Part shown: positions 40,832 through 51,534 of the stretch, piece by piece
Position numbering within the stretch: the stretch's first letter is position 1
Layout: each line of letters starts with the position of its first letter
Assembly (NCBI GenBank): GCA_965248195.1
Contig: CBDFIQ010000001.1
Location: 928,001-992,000, forward strand
Reading direction: 5' to 3'
DNA: 64,000 nt
Origin: Longimicrobiales bacterium
GTDB lineage: Bacteria > Gemmatimonadota > Gemmatimonadetes > Longimicrobiales > Gaopeijiaceae
Notes under the pieces: generated by a model
The model's input: the letters and a program-made list of their open reading frames with translations, nothing else
Told to the model about the DNA's origin: nothing
The model's database searches: none
Translations under genes and position numbers: made by a program

Positions 40832-42072
40832 GTGAGGTACGGACGGCGGCCGAGGCCGCACGGGACGCCGCACAGCACGTCGCGACGCTGACGACCGAGA
40901 AGAAGAACGACTACCTGCGTGATCTGGCGGGGGCGCTCGTCGCCGCAGAGGAGGACATCCTCCGGGCCAACGCCGCGGACATCGGCCGCGCCGAAGAAGA
41001 CGGACTGTCGACGCCCAAGCTCAAGCGACTCGGGATCACAGCAGAAAGTCTCGGTCAGATGGCCGAGGGGCTGAGGCAGGTCGCGGACCTCGACGACCCG
41101 GTTGCGCAGATCACACGGGACCAGACGCTGGAGAACGGGCTCCGTGTAACGTGCGTGCGCTGTCCGCTCGGTGTCGTGATGATGATTTACGAGTCACGCC
41201 CGAACGTGACGATCGACGCGTTTTCACTCTGCTTCAAGTCGGGCAACGCCTGTATTCTCAAGGGCGGCAAGGAAGCGCAAGAGAGCAACGAAGCGCTCTC
41301 CGAGGTGATCCACGCCACGCTGCGCGAGCACGGCCTGCCGGAGGAGGCACTCGTGCTCGTGGGCCCCGGGGGGCGCGAGGCCGTCGCCGAGCTGCTCACG
41401 TTCGACGACTGCATCGATCTGGTCATCCCGCGCGGCGGTGAGACGCTCATCCGATACGTGAGCGAGAACTCCTCCATTCCGACCGTGCAGCACTTCCACG
41501 GAATCTGCCACGTGTACGTCGACGCCGACGCGAGCCTCGAGCATGCCTTGGAGATTTCGGTCACCGGCAAGACATCGGCGCCGGCCACCTGCAACGCCAC
41601 CGAAGCGGTGCTCGTCCATGAAGACGTAGCGGAGACGTTTTTGCCCGATCTCGTCGCAGGCTACCAAGAGGCGGGCGTCGAGGTCCGAGGAGACGAGGCG
41701 GTGCTCGCCATCGACCCGGATGTGACCGCCGCCGCAGCGGATGATTGGGGCCGGGAATTCCTCGATATGATCGTGGCCGTGAAGGTCGTTCCCGACATGG
41801 ACGCGGCCATCGATCACATCCGCCGCTTCGGCTCCGACCATACCGACACGATCGTCACCGAGAACGCCCAGACGGCTTCGGCGTTTACGGAGCGGGTTCA
41901 GTCGTCATGTACGCTGGTGAACGCATCGACCCGCTTCAACGACGGGTTTCAGCTCGGCATGGGAGCCGAAATCGGGATCAGCACCTCGCGCGTGCACGCG
42001 TATGGGCCGATGGGCCTGGAGGAATTGACCTCGCAACGGTTCGTGGTCGAGGGGGCGGGGCACGTACGCTGA
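40828..42072 (+). CDS. proA: Gamma-glutamyl phosphate reductase
   Basis: YESRPNVT, PRGG, CNATE, NASTRF, GPMGLEEL. Confidence 0.96.
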   Translation: MSEVRTAAEAARDAAQHVATLTTEKKNDYLRDLAGALVAAEEDILRANAADIGRAEEDGLSTPKLKRLGITAESLGQMAEGLRQVADLDDPVAQITRDQTLENGLRVTCVRCPLGVVMMIYESRPNVTIDAFSLCFKSGNACILKGGKEAQESNEALSEVIHATLREHGLPEEALVLVGPGGREAVAELLTFDDCIDLVIPRGGETLIRYVSENSSIPTVQHFHGICHVYVDADASLEHALEISVTGKTSAPATCNATEAVLVHEDVAETFLPDLVAGYQEAGVEVRGDEAVLAIDPDVTAAAADDWGREFLDMIVAVKVVPDMDAAIDHIRRFGSDHTDTIVTENAQTASAFTERVQSSCTLVNASTRFNDGFQLGMGAEIGISTSRVHAYGPMGLEELTSQRFVVEGAGHVR

Positions 42073-42106
42073 AGGGCCGGCGCACGTACGCGGAGGGGCC
42101 GGGCAC

Positions 42107-42817
42107 GTGACCGCCTCGTTTGAGCTTCGATCCGTTGGCCAGGCGAGGGCCGGACGTACGGTTCTTCAGGACGTCGACGTTACGATCCCTCAGCATCTGA
42201 TTACGGTCTTGGTCGGTCCATCCGGCGGAGGGAAGACGTCACTTCTCCGGCTCCTCAACCGGCTCGATGATCCGGTCCGAGGGGACATTCTTTTCGACGG
42301 TAGTCCGATCGTCGATTACGCGGTGACCGAGCTCCGACGACGGGTGGCGCTCGTCTTCCAGACCCCTGTGATGTTTCCGGGAACCGTTTCGGACAACTTG
42401 GCAGTGGCCGCTGAGCTGGCCGGTGTTCAGGCCAGTCAGTTCGATCAGCAGGCAAGCGAGGTCATGCTTCTCGCCGAGCTCGAGCCATCCCTGCTCGAAC
42501 GGCCGGGGGGTGAGTTGTCCGTGGGCCAGAAGCAGCGGGTGAACCTCGCTCGAGCGTTGATGACGTCCCCCGAGGTTCTCCTCCTGGACGAACCCACGTC
42601 GGCCCTCGATCCCGAGACCTCACGTGCCCTCATGAAGACGATCGCGAGTCTGTCTGAGGTTCGAAGACTGACCCTCGTCGTGGCTACGCATCGAGTCTCG
42701 GAGGCCGGGGACTATGCCCACCACGCCCTGGTCCTTCGGGATGGGCGTGTGGTCGAGTCCGGCGATTCGAAGCGAGTTCTGAGCGGGCTTCCGGACCCCG
42801 ATGCGACGAGTCCATGA
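42107..42817 (+). CDS. ABC transporter ATP-binding subunit (FetA/YbbL-like)
   Basis: GPSGGGKT, LSVGQ, LLLDEPT. Confidence 0.88.
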   Translation: MTASFELRSVGQARAGRTVLQDVDVTIPQHLITVLVGPSGGGKTSLLRLLNRLDDPVRGDILFDGSPIVDYAVTELRRRVALVFQTPVMFPGTVSDNLAVAAELAGVQASQFDQQASEVMLLAELEPSLLERPGGELSVGQKQRVNLARALMTSPEVLLLDEPTSALDPETSRALMKTIASLSEVRRLTLVVATHRVSEAGDYAHHALVLRDGRVVESGDSKRVLSGLPDPDATSP

Positions 42818-42843
42818 CGAATAGATTTGACCGGAGCCGCTGA

Positions 42844-43650
42844 ATGCAGACCCCCGACATTCTCGCGCAACCTCTCCTCGACCTCACCTGGATCGACCTG
42901 ACCGTGGCCGTCGGTTTGGTGCTGATCGCCATCGGGGTCTCCGGTTGGCATCGCACCGGCCTCGCGCGGAGCTTCGCCGTGGGTGCCCTGCGCACGGTCC
43001 TTCAGCTGACACTCGTCGGCTACCTCCTGGTCTACATCTTCGCGATCGACCGCTGGTACCTGGTGGTTGCCGCCCTTCTCCTGATGCTGGCGATCGCGAG
43101 CAAAGCGGCCGTTGACCGACAGGACTCGAAGCCCGCCGGGCTGTTCGGCATTACCGGCGCCGCGCTCCTGCTCGGTTCGGGGCTGACCCTGATCTACGTC
43201 AGTGTGATGGTCGTGCACGTGGATCCCTGGTATAACCCGAGGTATCTGATCCCCCTGTTCGGCATGATCCTGGGCAACGCCATGAATGCGGCTGCCCTGG
43301 CCGCGGATCGGTTGGCCGGCGAGATGGAAACGCGTCACGCTGAGATCGAAGCGTATCTGGCGCTGGGCGCGAGCTCGGTGAGAGCGGCGCGGGAACCGGT
43401 TCGAAGGGCCCTTCGGGCTTCAATGATCCCGACGCTGAACAGTCTCATGGTCGTAGGAATCGTTTCTCTCCCCGGAATGATGACCGGGCAGATCATCGCG
43501 GGTTCGGATCCGTTGGTCGCGATTCGGTACCAGATCGTCGTGATGTTCATGCTTACGTCCGCCGTGGCGCTCGCCGCGGTCATCGTCGTACTAGGCTATC
43601 GGAGGACGTTCTTCACCCCCGCCGAACAGCTTCGAGCCAAGGACAGCTGA
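42844..43650 (+). CDS. fetB: ABC permease FetB/YbbM (UPF0014)
   Basis: RTVLQL, GMILGN, SLPGMMTGQI, AIRYQI. Confidence 0.88.
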   Translation: MQTPDILAQPLLDLTWIDLTVAVGLVLIAIGVSGWHRTGLARSFAVGALRTVLQLTLVGYLLVYIFAIDRWYLVVAALLLMLAIASKAAVDRQDSKPAGLFGITGAALLLGSGLTLIYVSVMVVHVDPWYNPRYLIPLFGMILGNAMNAAALAADRLAGEMETRHAEIEAYLALGASSVRAAREPVRRALRASMIPTLNSLMVVGIVSLPGMMTGQIIAGSDPLVAIRYQIVVMFMLTSAVALAAVIVVLGYRRTFFTPAEQLRAKDS

Positions 43651-43715
43651 GCGCCGGCTCATCTTGCGAGGGGCTGGGCCGCATTGGCCGCTCCGATCCT
43701 GCCCACTTACGTTAT

Positions 43716-43764
43716 CCCGACCCGTTACCCGACCTGTTAACCCGACCCGTTACCCGACCCGTAA
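43716..43764. repeat. 12-bp tandem repeat CCCGACCCGTTA x4
   Basis: Read directly from sequence. Confidence 0.85.
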
Positions 43765-43806
43765 AAGGGCCCCTTTTCTGGCTATCCCTCCGACAAAGGA
43801 GCCGTC

Positions 43807-44316
43807 ATGCTCAGATTCGCCTTCCTGAGAGTTTCCTTCGCGATGCTCGCCATGCTCGTGATCCTCACGGCTCCACCGGTCGCGGCGCAGGACAGCCCGG
43901 AGGCGACCGACGTGACGTCGGCCGGAATCCAGAAGTTCATCAACGCGCTGCCGCGTGACCGCGTCAGCGACCGGGCCATTCGTATAGTTAACGTTACAGG
44001 CAACTACCAGGTCGGGGTCTGGGGCGTGTTCCGTCCGAAGGACTTTCCGGGCGGCGCCAACCTCCACGAGGTGAACACCACCGAGATCTACTACATGGTA
44101 GAAGGGGTGGCGACCCTGGTCACGGGCGGCACCTTGACCGACACCAACGCCAGTACGCCGGGCCGCGGTATCGAGGGGGGTGTTTCGCGTCGAGTCACCA
44201 AGGGGGACGTCATCATCATCCCCGGCCACACCGCTCATTGGTTCAGCGAGCTGGAGACCGACATCGAGTACCTGATTTTTCGGAGTGACCCGGACAACCG
44301 GTTCGAGCTCAGGTAG
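43807..44316 (+). CDS. Secreted cupin-domain protein
   Basis: AAGGAG SD, signal peptide, H..TEIYY and GDVIIIPGHTAHWF. Confidence 0.8.
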   Translation: MLRFAFLRVSFAMLAMLVILTAPPVAAQDSPEATDVTSAGIQKFINALPRDRVSDRAIRIVNVTGNYQVGVWGVFRPKDFPGGANLHEVNTTEIYYMVEGVATLVTGGTLTDTNASTPGRGIEGGVSRRVTKGDVIIIPGHTAHWFSELETDIEYLIFRSDPDNRFELR

Positions 44317-44365
44317 GAACCGGGCTCAGGTAGGAACCGGGCTCAGTAGAACCGGGCTCAGGTAG
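44307..44365. repeat. 17-bp tandem repeat GCTCAGGTAGGAACCGG x~3.5, spanning the cupin stop codon
   Basis: Read directly from sequence. Confidence 0.85.
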
Positions 44366-44369
44366 CCCC

Positions 44370-45539
44370 CTACGCCTCCAGCGCCTGCTCCACATCAGCG
44401 ATCACGTCCCGAAGGTCTTCCAGGCCGACGGAGATGCGGATCAGGCCCGGCGTGATGCCCACCGCCTGGCGCTCCTCTTCCGTGAGCTTGGCGTGCGTGG
44501 TGGACCCCGGATGGCTGACGATCGTGCGTGTGTCGCCGAGATTCGCAGTGAGCGAGCACAACTTCACGGAGTCCATGAAGCGCTTCCCCTGCTCGAGCCC
44601 GCCCTCGACGACGAAAGAGAGGATGCCGCCGCCGGAAGACATCTGCCGCTTGGCGATCTCGTGCTGCGGATGGGAAGGGAGGAACGGATACCGCACGGAG
44701 GCGACCCCCGGCCGCCCCTCCAACCACTCTGCCACGGCCAACGCATTTTCCGAATGCCTCTGCATCCGAACCTCGAGCGTCTCCACGCTCTTGGAGAGCA
44801 CCCACGCGTTGAACGGCGATAGGGCAGGCCCGGTAGCCCGCGCGAAGTCGTAGATCTCCTGCACCAGTTCCTTTCCGCCCACCACCACGCCGCCCATCAC
44901 GCGGCCCTGCCCATCGAGGTACTTAGTTGCGGAGTGGATCGAAAGGTGCGCGCCGAACTCGAGAGGACGCTGCAAGATCGGTGTGGCGAAGCAGTTGTCC
45001 ACGACCAGGATGACGCCCTTTTCGGCGGCCAGCTTCCCCAGCCACTCGAGGTCCACCAGGTCCACCGCCGGGTTCGTGGGTGTCTCCACGAAGATCATGC
45101 GGGTGTTGTCGCGAATCTCGCCGGGCCACGACTCGGGGTTCGCCACGTCGACGTACGTATGCGTGATCCCGAACCGAGGCAGGATCTTGGTGAGAATCGT
45201 GTGGGTCGATCCGAAGAGCGACCGGCACGCCAGGATATGCTCCCCACTGGAGAGCAGCGCTCCGAACGTGGCGAACACGGCAGCCATGCCCGTGGCCGTG
45301 GAGTGTCCCGCCTCGGCACCCTCCAGGCGACGGATCTTCTCGGAGAGCTCCTCGACGTTCGGATTCGTGAAGCGGGCATAGATGTTCCGGTCGATCTCGC
45401 CCGCGAAGGCCGCACGCATCTCCTCGCTGTCTTCGAAGACGAAGCTCGACGTCAGGAAGATCGGCACCGAGTGTTCGTGGTGCGATGATTCCTCGGCCTG
45501 TGCTCGCACGGCCCACGTTTGGGGTTTCCAATCCTTCAT
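44370..45539 (-). CDS. metZ: O-succinylhomoserine sulfhydrylase (trans-sulfuration family)
   Basis: YARFTNP, ETPTNP, DNCFATP, HSATKYLDGQGR, ANLGD. Confidence 0.85.
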   Translation of the reverse strand: MKDWKPQTWAVRAQAEESSHHEHSVPIFLTSSFVFEDSEEMRAAFAGEIDRNIYARFTNPNVEELSEKIRRLEGAEAGHSTATGMAAVFATFGALLSSGEHILACRSLFGSTHTILTKILPRFGITHTYVDVANPESWPGEIRDNTRMIFVETPTNPAVDLVDLEWLGKLAAEKGVILVVDNCFATPILQRPLEFGAHLSIHSATKYLDGQGRVMGGVVVGGKELVQEIYDFARATGPALSPFNAWVLSKSVETLEVRMQRHSENALAVAEWLEGRPGVASVRYPFLPSHPQHEIAKRQMSSGGGILSFVVEGGLEQGKRFMDSVKLCSLTANLGDTRTIVSHPGSTTHAKLTEEERQAVGITPGLIRISVGLEDLRDVIADVEQALEA

Positions 45540-45548
45540 GTCTGAACT

Positions 45549-48500
45549 CTACTCCAAACGAATCATCAAGTCACCGGGCGTCACCTGGCTCCCCCGGTAC
45601 ACCAGCACCTCGGCCACCTTTCCGTCCCTCTCGGCGTAGAGGGTGGTCTCCATTTTCATGGCCTCCAAGCTCAGCAGCTTGTCCCCCTGCGCCACGGTCC
45701 CGCCCACCTCGACGGCCACGTCCACGACCATGCCGGGCATGCTCGAGCCGATCTGCTTGGGATCGTCCGGATCCGCCTGCACGGCGGCTAGGGTCTCCGG
45801 TTCGAGTGTTCGGTCGACCACGGTGACATCCCGCGGCTGTCCGTTCAGCTCGAAGAACACCGTACGTTTTCCGTCCGAATGGGGCTCACCGACCGTAAGA
45901 AAGTTCACGATGAGCGTCTTCCCGCGCTCGATGTCGACGGCGATCTCCTCGCCCGCCTCCTGACCGTAGAAGAAGACCGGCGTGGGTAGTACCGAGGTGT
46001 CGGAGTACTTGCTCTGATGGTCCGCAAAGTCGCGGTAAACCTTCGGGTAAAGCAGGTACGAGATCACGTCGCTCCGCGCGGGCTCCCGGCCCAGCATCTT
46101 CTCGACGGTGTCGGTGGCCTCCTTGAAATCAACAGGCTCCAGCGTCTCACCTGGGCGGCCGCTCAGACCCGGTTCACCGCGCAGTACGCGCTTCTTCACC
46201 TTTTTCGGAAAACCGCCCGGCGGCTGTCCCATTCCTCCACCGATCAAATCGACCACGGAAGCAGGAAACGCCACCTCGCGGCTCGGATCCAGAACATCCT
46301 CCGGTGTGAGCTCATTCGCGACCATGAACAACGCCATGTCGCCCACAGCCTTGGAGGTCGGCGTCACCTTCACGATGTCGCCGAAGAGCTCGTTCACGTC
46401 CGCGTAAACCCGGCAGACTTCGGCCCATCGATCGGCCAGACCCAGGGCACGGGCTTGCTGGAAAAGGTTGGTGTATTGGCCGCCAGGCATCTCGTGGCTA
46501 TACAGGTCTGCGGTAGCGGGCCGTCCGTGGCCCTCGAACGGTGAGTAGAAGTCGCGGGCCGCCCTCCAGTAGTCCGCGATGTCGTCCAGGTCCTGCCTCG
46601 TCAGTCCCGGATCGCGGGGAGTGAAGCGGAGCGCCTCGGCCACCGTGTTGATGTTCGGTTGGGACGTCGTGCCCGACATCGGGGCCATGGCAGCATCCGC
46701 TATGTCGAGTCCTTCCTCCGCGCTTTGCAGGATCGCCGCAGCCTGCACGCCGGCGGTGTCGTGTGTGTGGAAGTGGATCGGAATGCCCACCTCGTCCTTG
46801 AGAGCACGCACCAGCTTCGCGGCCGCGTACGGCTTGCAGAGCCCGGCCATGTCCTTGAGCGCGAGGATGTGTGCGCCCATCCCCTCCAACTCCTTGGCCA
46901 GCTTCACATAGTACTTCAGGTCGTACTTCGTGCGGCTGTCATCGAGGATGTCCCCGGTGTAACAGATCGAAGCCTCGCAGAGCGCGTCTGCCTTGAGCAC
47001 CGCCTCCATCGCCACCCGCATGTTGTCCGTCCAGTTGAGGGCGTCGAACACACGAAACAGATCGATGCCCGCGGCGGCCGCCTCTTCGACGAACGCCTCC
47101 ACGAGGTTGTCCGGATAGTTCGTGTACCCAACCGCGTTCGAAGCGCGCAGCAACATCTGAAAGAGGATGTTCGGAATGCGCTCTCTTAGGTCGGTCAGGC
47201 GCTGCCAAGGGCACTCCTTCAAGAACCGCAGCGAAACGTCGAACGTGGCGCCGCCCCACACCTCGAGCGAGAACAACTCCGAGCCACGCCGGGCGTACGC
47301 ATCGGCTACCCTGAGCAGGTCGTGCGTACGGAAGCGGGTGGCCAACAGCGACTGATGCGCGTCCCGGAACGTGGTGTCGGTAAGGAGCAGCCGCTCCTGG
47401 TCGGAGATCCAACCGCCGAACTTCATGGCCCCGAGGTCCCGGAACGTTTGCCGGGTGCCGTCCGGAATCGGGCTCTGGTAATCGACCTTCGGAACGGGGG
47501 CGGGCTCGCGCCGCGTGGCCCGCGCGTGATCCCTCACTGAAGGGTTTCCGTTGACGATCGTAGCTCCGAGATACGTCAGAAGTCGCGTCGCGCGGTCCCG
47601 CCGCTTGGGCAGCTCGAACAACTCGGGCGTATGATCGATGAAACGCGTCGTGCATCCACCCTTCAGAAACTGCTCGTGCGTCACCAAGCGAATCAAGAAC
47701 GGAATGTTCGTCTTCACGCCCCGAATGCGGAACTCCTGGAGGCAGCGCTCCATGCGCCTGGCCGCGTCGATGAAGCGCGTCCCCCGGGCTGTCACCTTCA
47801 CGAGCAGGGAGTCGTAGTGGGGGTTTACCACCGCACCACTGAACGCACTGCCTGCGTCGAGCCGCACTCCCATCCCCGCAGCCGAGCGGTAGTGCGACAC
47901 ACGCCCGTAATCGGGCATGAAATCGTTCACGGGATCTTCGGTGGTCACACGGCACTGCATGGCATAACCCTGAGTCCGCACGGCGACCTGGGAGGGTAAG
48001 CCGATCTCCTCGTCGTCGAGCGGCTTCCCCTGGGCGACCAGGATCTGCGATTTGACGAGGTCCACACCGGTGATCTCCTCGGTGACCGTGTGCTCCACCT
48101 GGATGCGGGGATTCACCTCGATGAAGTAGAAGTCGCCCTCGTCCTGATCGACGAGAAACTCCACGGTACCCGCGTTCTGGTAGGCGACCTCACGGCCGAT
48201 CGCCACCGCCGCCTCGAGGAGGCCACGGCGGACCTTCTCGTCCAGGGCCAGCGCCGGAGCGATCTCCACCACCTTCTGGTGGCGCCTCTGCACAGAGCAG
48301 TCGCGTTCGTACAGATGGACCAGGTTGCCGTGCTTGTCGCCCAGAAGTTGGACCTCTATGTGGCGCGCCCTCTGGACGAAACGCTCGACGAAAACGTCCT
48401 CACTCCCGAAAGCCATGAGTGACTCCCGCTGAGCATCGTTGAAGGCTCCTGGAAAGTCATTCGGATGACTCACCACGCGCATTCCCCGTCCGCCACCGCC

Positions 48501-48992
48501 CTTGGCGGCCTTGAGAATGACGGGATACCCCACCTTCCCTGCCTCCCGCTCCCCATCGATCACGTCGAGAAGCGAATTCTCGCTACCCCCGAGCACCGGT
48601 ACGCCGGCGTCGGTGGCGATCCTCCGGGCCTCGGTTTTGTCGCCCAGGCGCTCGAGCGCCTCCACCTGGGGACCGATAAAGATGATCCCCGCCCGCTCAC
48701 AGGCACGGGCGAACTCAGGATTTTCGGACAGGAATCCGTACCCGGGGTGGATCGCGTCCACCTGATTTTCCTGGGCCAAAGAGACGATCCACTCGATGTC
48801 GAGGTAGGCCCGGATCGGCTCCTCCGGCTTTCCGATCAGATACGCTTCATCGGCCTTGAAGCGGTGTAGCGCGTATCGATCCTTGTGCGAATAGATCGCC
48901 ACCGTCCGAATGCCCAGCTCATGGCCGGTGCGGAAGACGCGAATCGCGATCTCGCTACGATTGGCGACTAGGAGCTTCTTGATCTCTTTCAT
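45549..48992 (-). CDS. pyc: Pyruvate carboxylase
   Basis: ANRSEIA, RDCSVQRRHQK, RDAHQSL, KDMAGL, HTHDT, EAMKM biotin site. Confidence 0.97.
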   Translation of the reverse strand: MKEIKKLLVANRSEIAIRVFRTGHELGIRTVAIYSHKDRYALHRFKADEAYLIGKPEEPIRAYLDIEWIVSLAQENQVDAIHPGYGFLSENPEFARACERAGIIFIGPQVEALERLGDKTEARRIATDAGVPVLGGSENSLLDVIDGEREAGKVGYPVILKAAKGGGGRGMRVVSHPNDFPGAFNDAQRESLMAFGSEDVFVERFVQRARHIEVQLLGDKHGNLVHLYERDCSVQRRHQKVVEIAPALALDEKVRRGLLEAAVAIGREVAYQNAGTVEFLVDQDEGDFYFIEVNPRIQVEHTVTEEITGVDLVKSQILVAQGKPLDDEEIGLPSQVAVRTQGYAMQCRVTTEDPVNDFMPDYGRVSHYRSAAGMGVRLDAGSAFSGAVVNPHYDSLLVKVTARGTRFIDAARRMERCLQEFRIRGVKTNIPFLIRLVTHEQFLKGGCTTRFIDHTPELFELPKRRDRATRLLTYLGATIVNGNPSVRDHARATRREPAPVPKVDYQSPIPDGTRQTFRDLGAMKFGGWISDQERLLLTDTTFRDAHQSLLATRFRTHDLLRVADAYARRGSELFSLEVWGGATFDVSLRFLKECPWQRLTDLRERIPNILFQMLLRASNAVGYTNYPDNLVEAFVEEAAAAGIDLFRVFDALNWTDNMRVAMEAVLKADALCEASICYTGDILDDSRTKYDLKYYVKLAKELEGMGAHILALKDMAGLCKPYAAAKLVRALKDEVGIPIHFHTHDTAGVQAAAILQSAEEGLDIADAAMAPMSGTTSQPNINTVAEALRFTPRDPGLTRQDLDDIADYWRAARDFYSPFEGHGRPATADLYSHEMPGGQYTNLFQQARALGLADRWAEVCRVYADVNELFGDIVKVTPTSKAVGDMALFMVANELTPEDVLDPSREVAFPASVVDLIGGGMGQPPGGFPKKVKKRVLRGEPGLSGRPGETLEPVDFKEATDTVEKMLGREPARSDVISYLLYPKVYRDFADHQSKYSDTSVLPTPVFFYGQEAGEEIAVDIERGKTLIVNFLTVGEPHSDGKRTVFFELNGQPRDVTVVDRTLEPETLAAVQADPDDPKQIGSSMPGMVVDVAVEVGGTVAQGDKLLSLEAMKMETTLYAERDGKVAEVLVYRGSQVTPGDLMIRLE

Positions 48993-49162
48993 GAGGTGAG
49001 GCGATAGGAAAACCGAGTAACCGTCCCCGGCGAGTGACCGTCCCCGGGCGAGTGACCGTCCCGGGAAGGTGGACAATCTAGACAGGTCGAGGCAAGGTGG
49101 GCTATTCTTGCCGACCAGTCCGGATTCACACAAACCGGATTCACACAAAAGGGGTGATTCAG

Positions 49163-50224
49163 ATGAAACTCTTACTTTCCGTTTTCGTAGCGGGTTCGTT
49201 GGCACTCGCCCCAGCAGGATCCACCTCTGCTCGCGCAGCGGCGCAGGGCGCCCAGGAGAGGTTCGAGGTGCATCCGTCCACGCAGGACCCGGCGGTCAAA
49301 GTCACCCTCGAGACGCTCGAGCGCTGGGAGACCGAGCTGTCGAACTGGGGTCGCTGGGGTCCGAAGGACCAGCGCGGCGCACTCAACCTGATCACCCCGG
49401 AAAAGACCCGGGCCGCTGCGCGTCTCGTAGAAGACGGCGTCACGGTATCCCTCGGCCACTTCGTCACCGGGGAAGACGCGATCGACAGCCAGAACTTCGG
49501 ACCGACCGAGCACTGGATGACCTCGATCGACCCGAACACAGGGGAGGTTCGGGGCGCCCTCGATGCCATGAGCTTCTCGCTGCATGACGGTCAAATGGCC
49601 CACATGGACGCCCTCTGCCACTACGCCACCCAGCGGGACGGCAAGGCCATCATCTTCAACGGCTACCCGCAGAACCTGACCATCGGCGGATGCACCGGGG
49701 ATCTCTCCATCAGCGATATGGGTCCCGGCTACGTCACGAGGGGCATTCTGGTGGACATGCCGCTGCTGCGAGGCGTCGACTGGCTCGACCCGAGCACACC
49801 CATCTACGTGTCCGATCTCGAGGAGTGGGAGGCGTTCGCGGGAATCACCGTCTCGAGCGGCGACGTGCTCTTCATTCGCGGAGGCCGTTGGGCCAGGCGT
49901 GAAGCAATCGGTCCGTGGAACTACGCGCGCGGCGGGGCCGGCCTGCACGCCTCCGTGCTGCCGTGGCTCAAGGAGCGAGGTGTGTCGCTCCTGGTCGGCG
50001 ACGCCGTGAACGACGTTCAGCCGTCCGGCGTGGCGGGCATCAACCGCCCGATCCACACCATGACGCAGGTCTTCATCGGTCTGCCGCTGGTCGACAACGG
50101 CTACCTGGAGGACGTCGCCAGAGAGGCTGCGAGCCGGCAGCGCTGGGAGTTCATGGTGTCGTGGCAGATCACCAAGGTGCCGGATGGGACGGCTAGTCCG
50201 TTTAATGCGATCGCGACGTTCTAG
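49163..50224 (+). CDS. Secreted cyclase-family (kynurenine formamidase-like) metallohydrolase
   Basis: Signal peptide; NWGRWG, HMDALCH, RGILVD. Confidence 0.85.
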   Translation: MKLLLSVFVAGSLALAPAGSTSARAAAQGAQERFEVHPSTQDPAVKVTLETLERWETELSNWGRWGPKDQRGALNLITPEKTRAAARLVEDGVTVSLGHFVTGEDAIDSQNFGPTEHWMTSIDPNTGEVRGALDAMSFSLHDGQMAHMDALCHYATQRDGKAIIFNGYPQNLTIGGCTGDLSISDMGPGYVTRGILVDMPLLRGVDWLDPSTPIYVSDLEEWEAFAGITVSSGDVLFIRGGRWARREAIGPWNYARGGAGLHASVLPWLKERGVSLLVGDAVNDVQPSGVAGINRPIHTMTQVFIGLPLVDNGYLEDVAREAASRQRWEFMVSWQITKVPDGTASPFNAIATF

Positions 50225-50249
50225 GGGAGCTCTACAGAAGAAGTAATGG

Positions 50250-50285
50250 GCGGGGCGCTCCGGTCGCGGGGCGTCTCGCTTTTTT
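50250..50285 (+). terminator. Intrinsic terminator after the cyclase gene
   Basis: GC-rich stem (with G-U pairs) followed by T6. Confidence 0.65.
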
Positions 50286-50625
50286 AGTTCCCCATCCGCT
50301 GGCGAAGCTCCTCGAACCAGTTCACCACAACCAGGAATCGCTCTGATCCTGAAGCCCCCCCGTCCAGGTCCGTGGCGGCGACATCCTGCGGGACCACCAG
50401 CCGGAGGGGGGTGAGCGCTTCTTGCATTAATTTCCTTGTATTCGCGTAAGGCCACGTCCCATTTTTGATCTATTACGCTAGGGGACGGGCGGATAACTGA
50501 AAACCCCCTCTTGCTGAGCCCCCTCCCCCAGGGCTTACGCGAACCCTTAGGGAACACATCTCGCTGGCCCGGAGAAAATCGTAATCGTACTTCTCGTCAA
50601 CAGCCACGAGTGGACCGCGCGGTCG

Positions 50626-51534
50626 TTGGAGAGCGTCCTCCAGCTGGCGGGATTTACGGTTGTCAAGGCCTATACCGGTCGGCAAGCGATCGAATTGGCC
50701 GTCAGGCTCCGGCCCGACCTCGTCATCGTGGACTGCAAACTGACCGACATTATGGGTTTGGACGCTTGCCGTGCGATGAGAGAACTGCCGACGGTGGACG
50801 ATACTACCCCCTTCGTCATCACCACGACCGACAGTCTCAACAGGAAGGAGCGCCACGAGTGCTTTAGAGCGGGTATTTGGGATATCTTTTCTTCACCGTT
50901 CGATCCGGTCGAGCTTGTCGGTAAGCTGGAGGCATTCCTCAGTGCCCGTAGACAGGTCGAGCATGCTTTGGAGTCCACCCACAAGGATCCGGCAACCGGC
51001 CTCTATAACTGGAACGGGTTGTTCGCGAGGGCGGTGGAGTTGGTTGCGGACGCACAACGGAACCGCCGGTGGACCGCGTGTGTGGCTCTGGGGCCAAGGG
51101 AGGGCCAGACGGTCGTTTCCTCTGAAGGGCTTGTGGAGGGTTCTTCCGATAAGGTCCTCCGGATTTCCCTGAGCGATCCGGGGTCTCCCCGGCTTCTCGA
51201 CCGCATTGCGACAGCTCTTTTCGAGGCAACCCGGGACTCGGACTCTACGGGTATCCTGGACACGAACGACTTCCTCGTCTTAGCCCCTGGAACGGATGAG
51301 GAAGGTGCGGCGACGCTCGCGACGCGACTCGTCGAGGCCCTCAACGACCAAGCCATCCTCAAGGAGCGCCGGCGGTCCGAGCTGCGGTTCTCGGCAGGGT
51401 ATTATGCCGCTCTCGATGGAGCGGGGGGCTCACTCACGGCTAACGATCTAATAGGGCGGAGTATGGAGGCTCTTCGAGCGGCTCAAGTTGCCGACGCCCA
51501 ATCAGGGACGATTCTAGCGTTCCATCCTGCCTAG
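50626..51534 (+). CDS. Response regulator with degenerate GGDEF-like domain; 5' end apparently damaged
   Basis: PDLVIVD receiver, DPATGLYN, GGDEF position reads DTNDF; receiver similarity extends upstream of any ATG/GTG. Confidence 0.7.
   Translation: MESVLQLAGFTVVKAYTGRQAIELAVRLRPDLVIVDCKLTDIMGLDACRAMRELPTVDDTTPFVITTTDSLNRKERHECFRAGIWDIFSSPFDPVELVGKLEAFLSARRQVEHALESTHKDPATGLYNWNGLFARAVELVADAQRNRRWTACVALGPREGQTVVSSEGLVEGSSDKVLRISLSDPGSPRLLDRIATALFEATRDSDSTGILDTNDFLVLAPGTDEEGAATLATRLVEALNDQAILKERRRSELRFSAGYYAALDGAGGSLTANDLIGRSMEALRAAQVADAQSGTILAFHPA

Noticed and set aside
43716..44365. Short repeat clusters as possible CRISPR arrays
   Set aside because: Units are 12-17 bp and head-to-tail with no unique spacers; no cas genes in the window.
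48993..49205. N-terminal extensions in the ORF track for pyc and others (9281-10780, 40438-42072, 56126-57625)
   Set aside because: Family similarity begins at downstream starts; the extensions overlap neighbouring genes or repeats.
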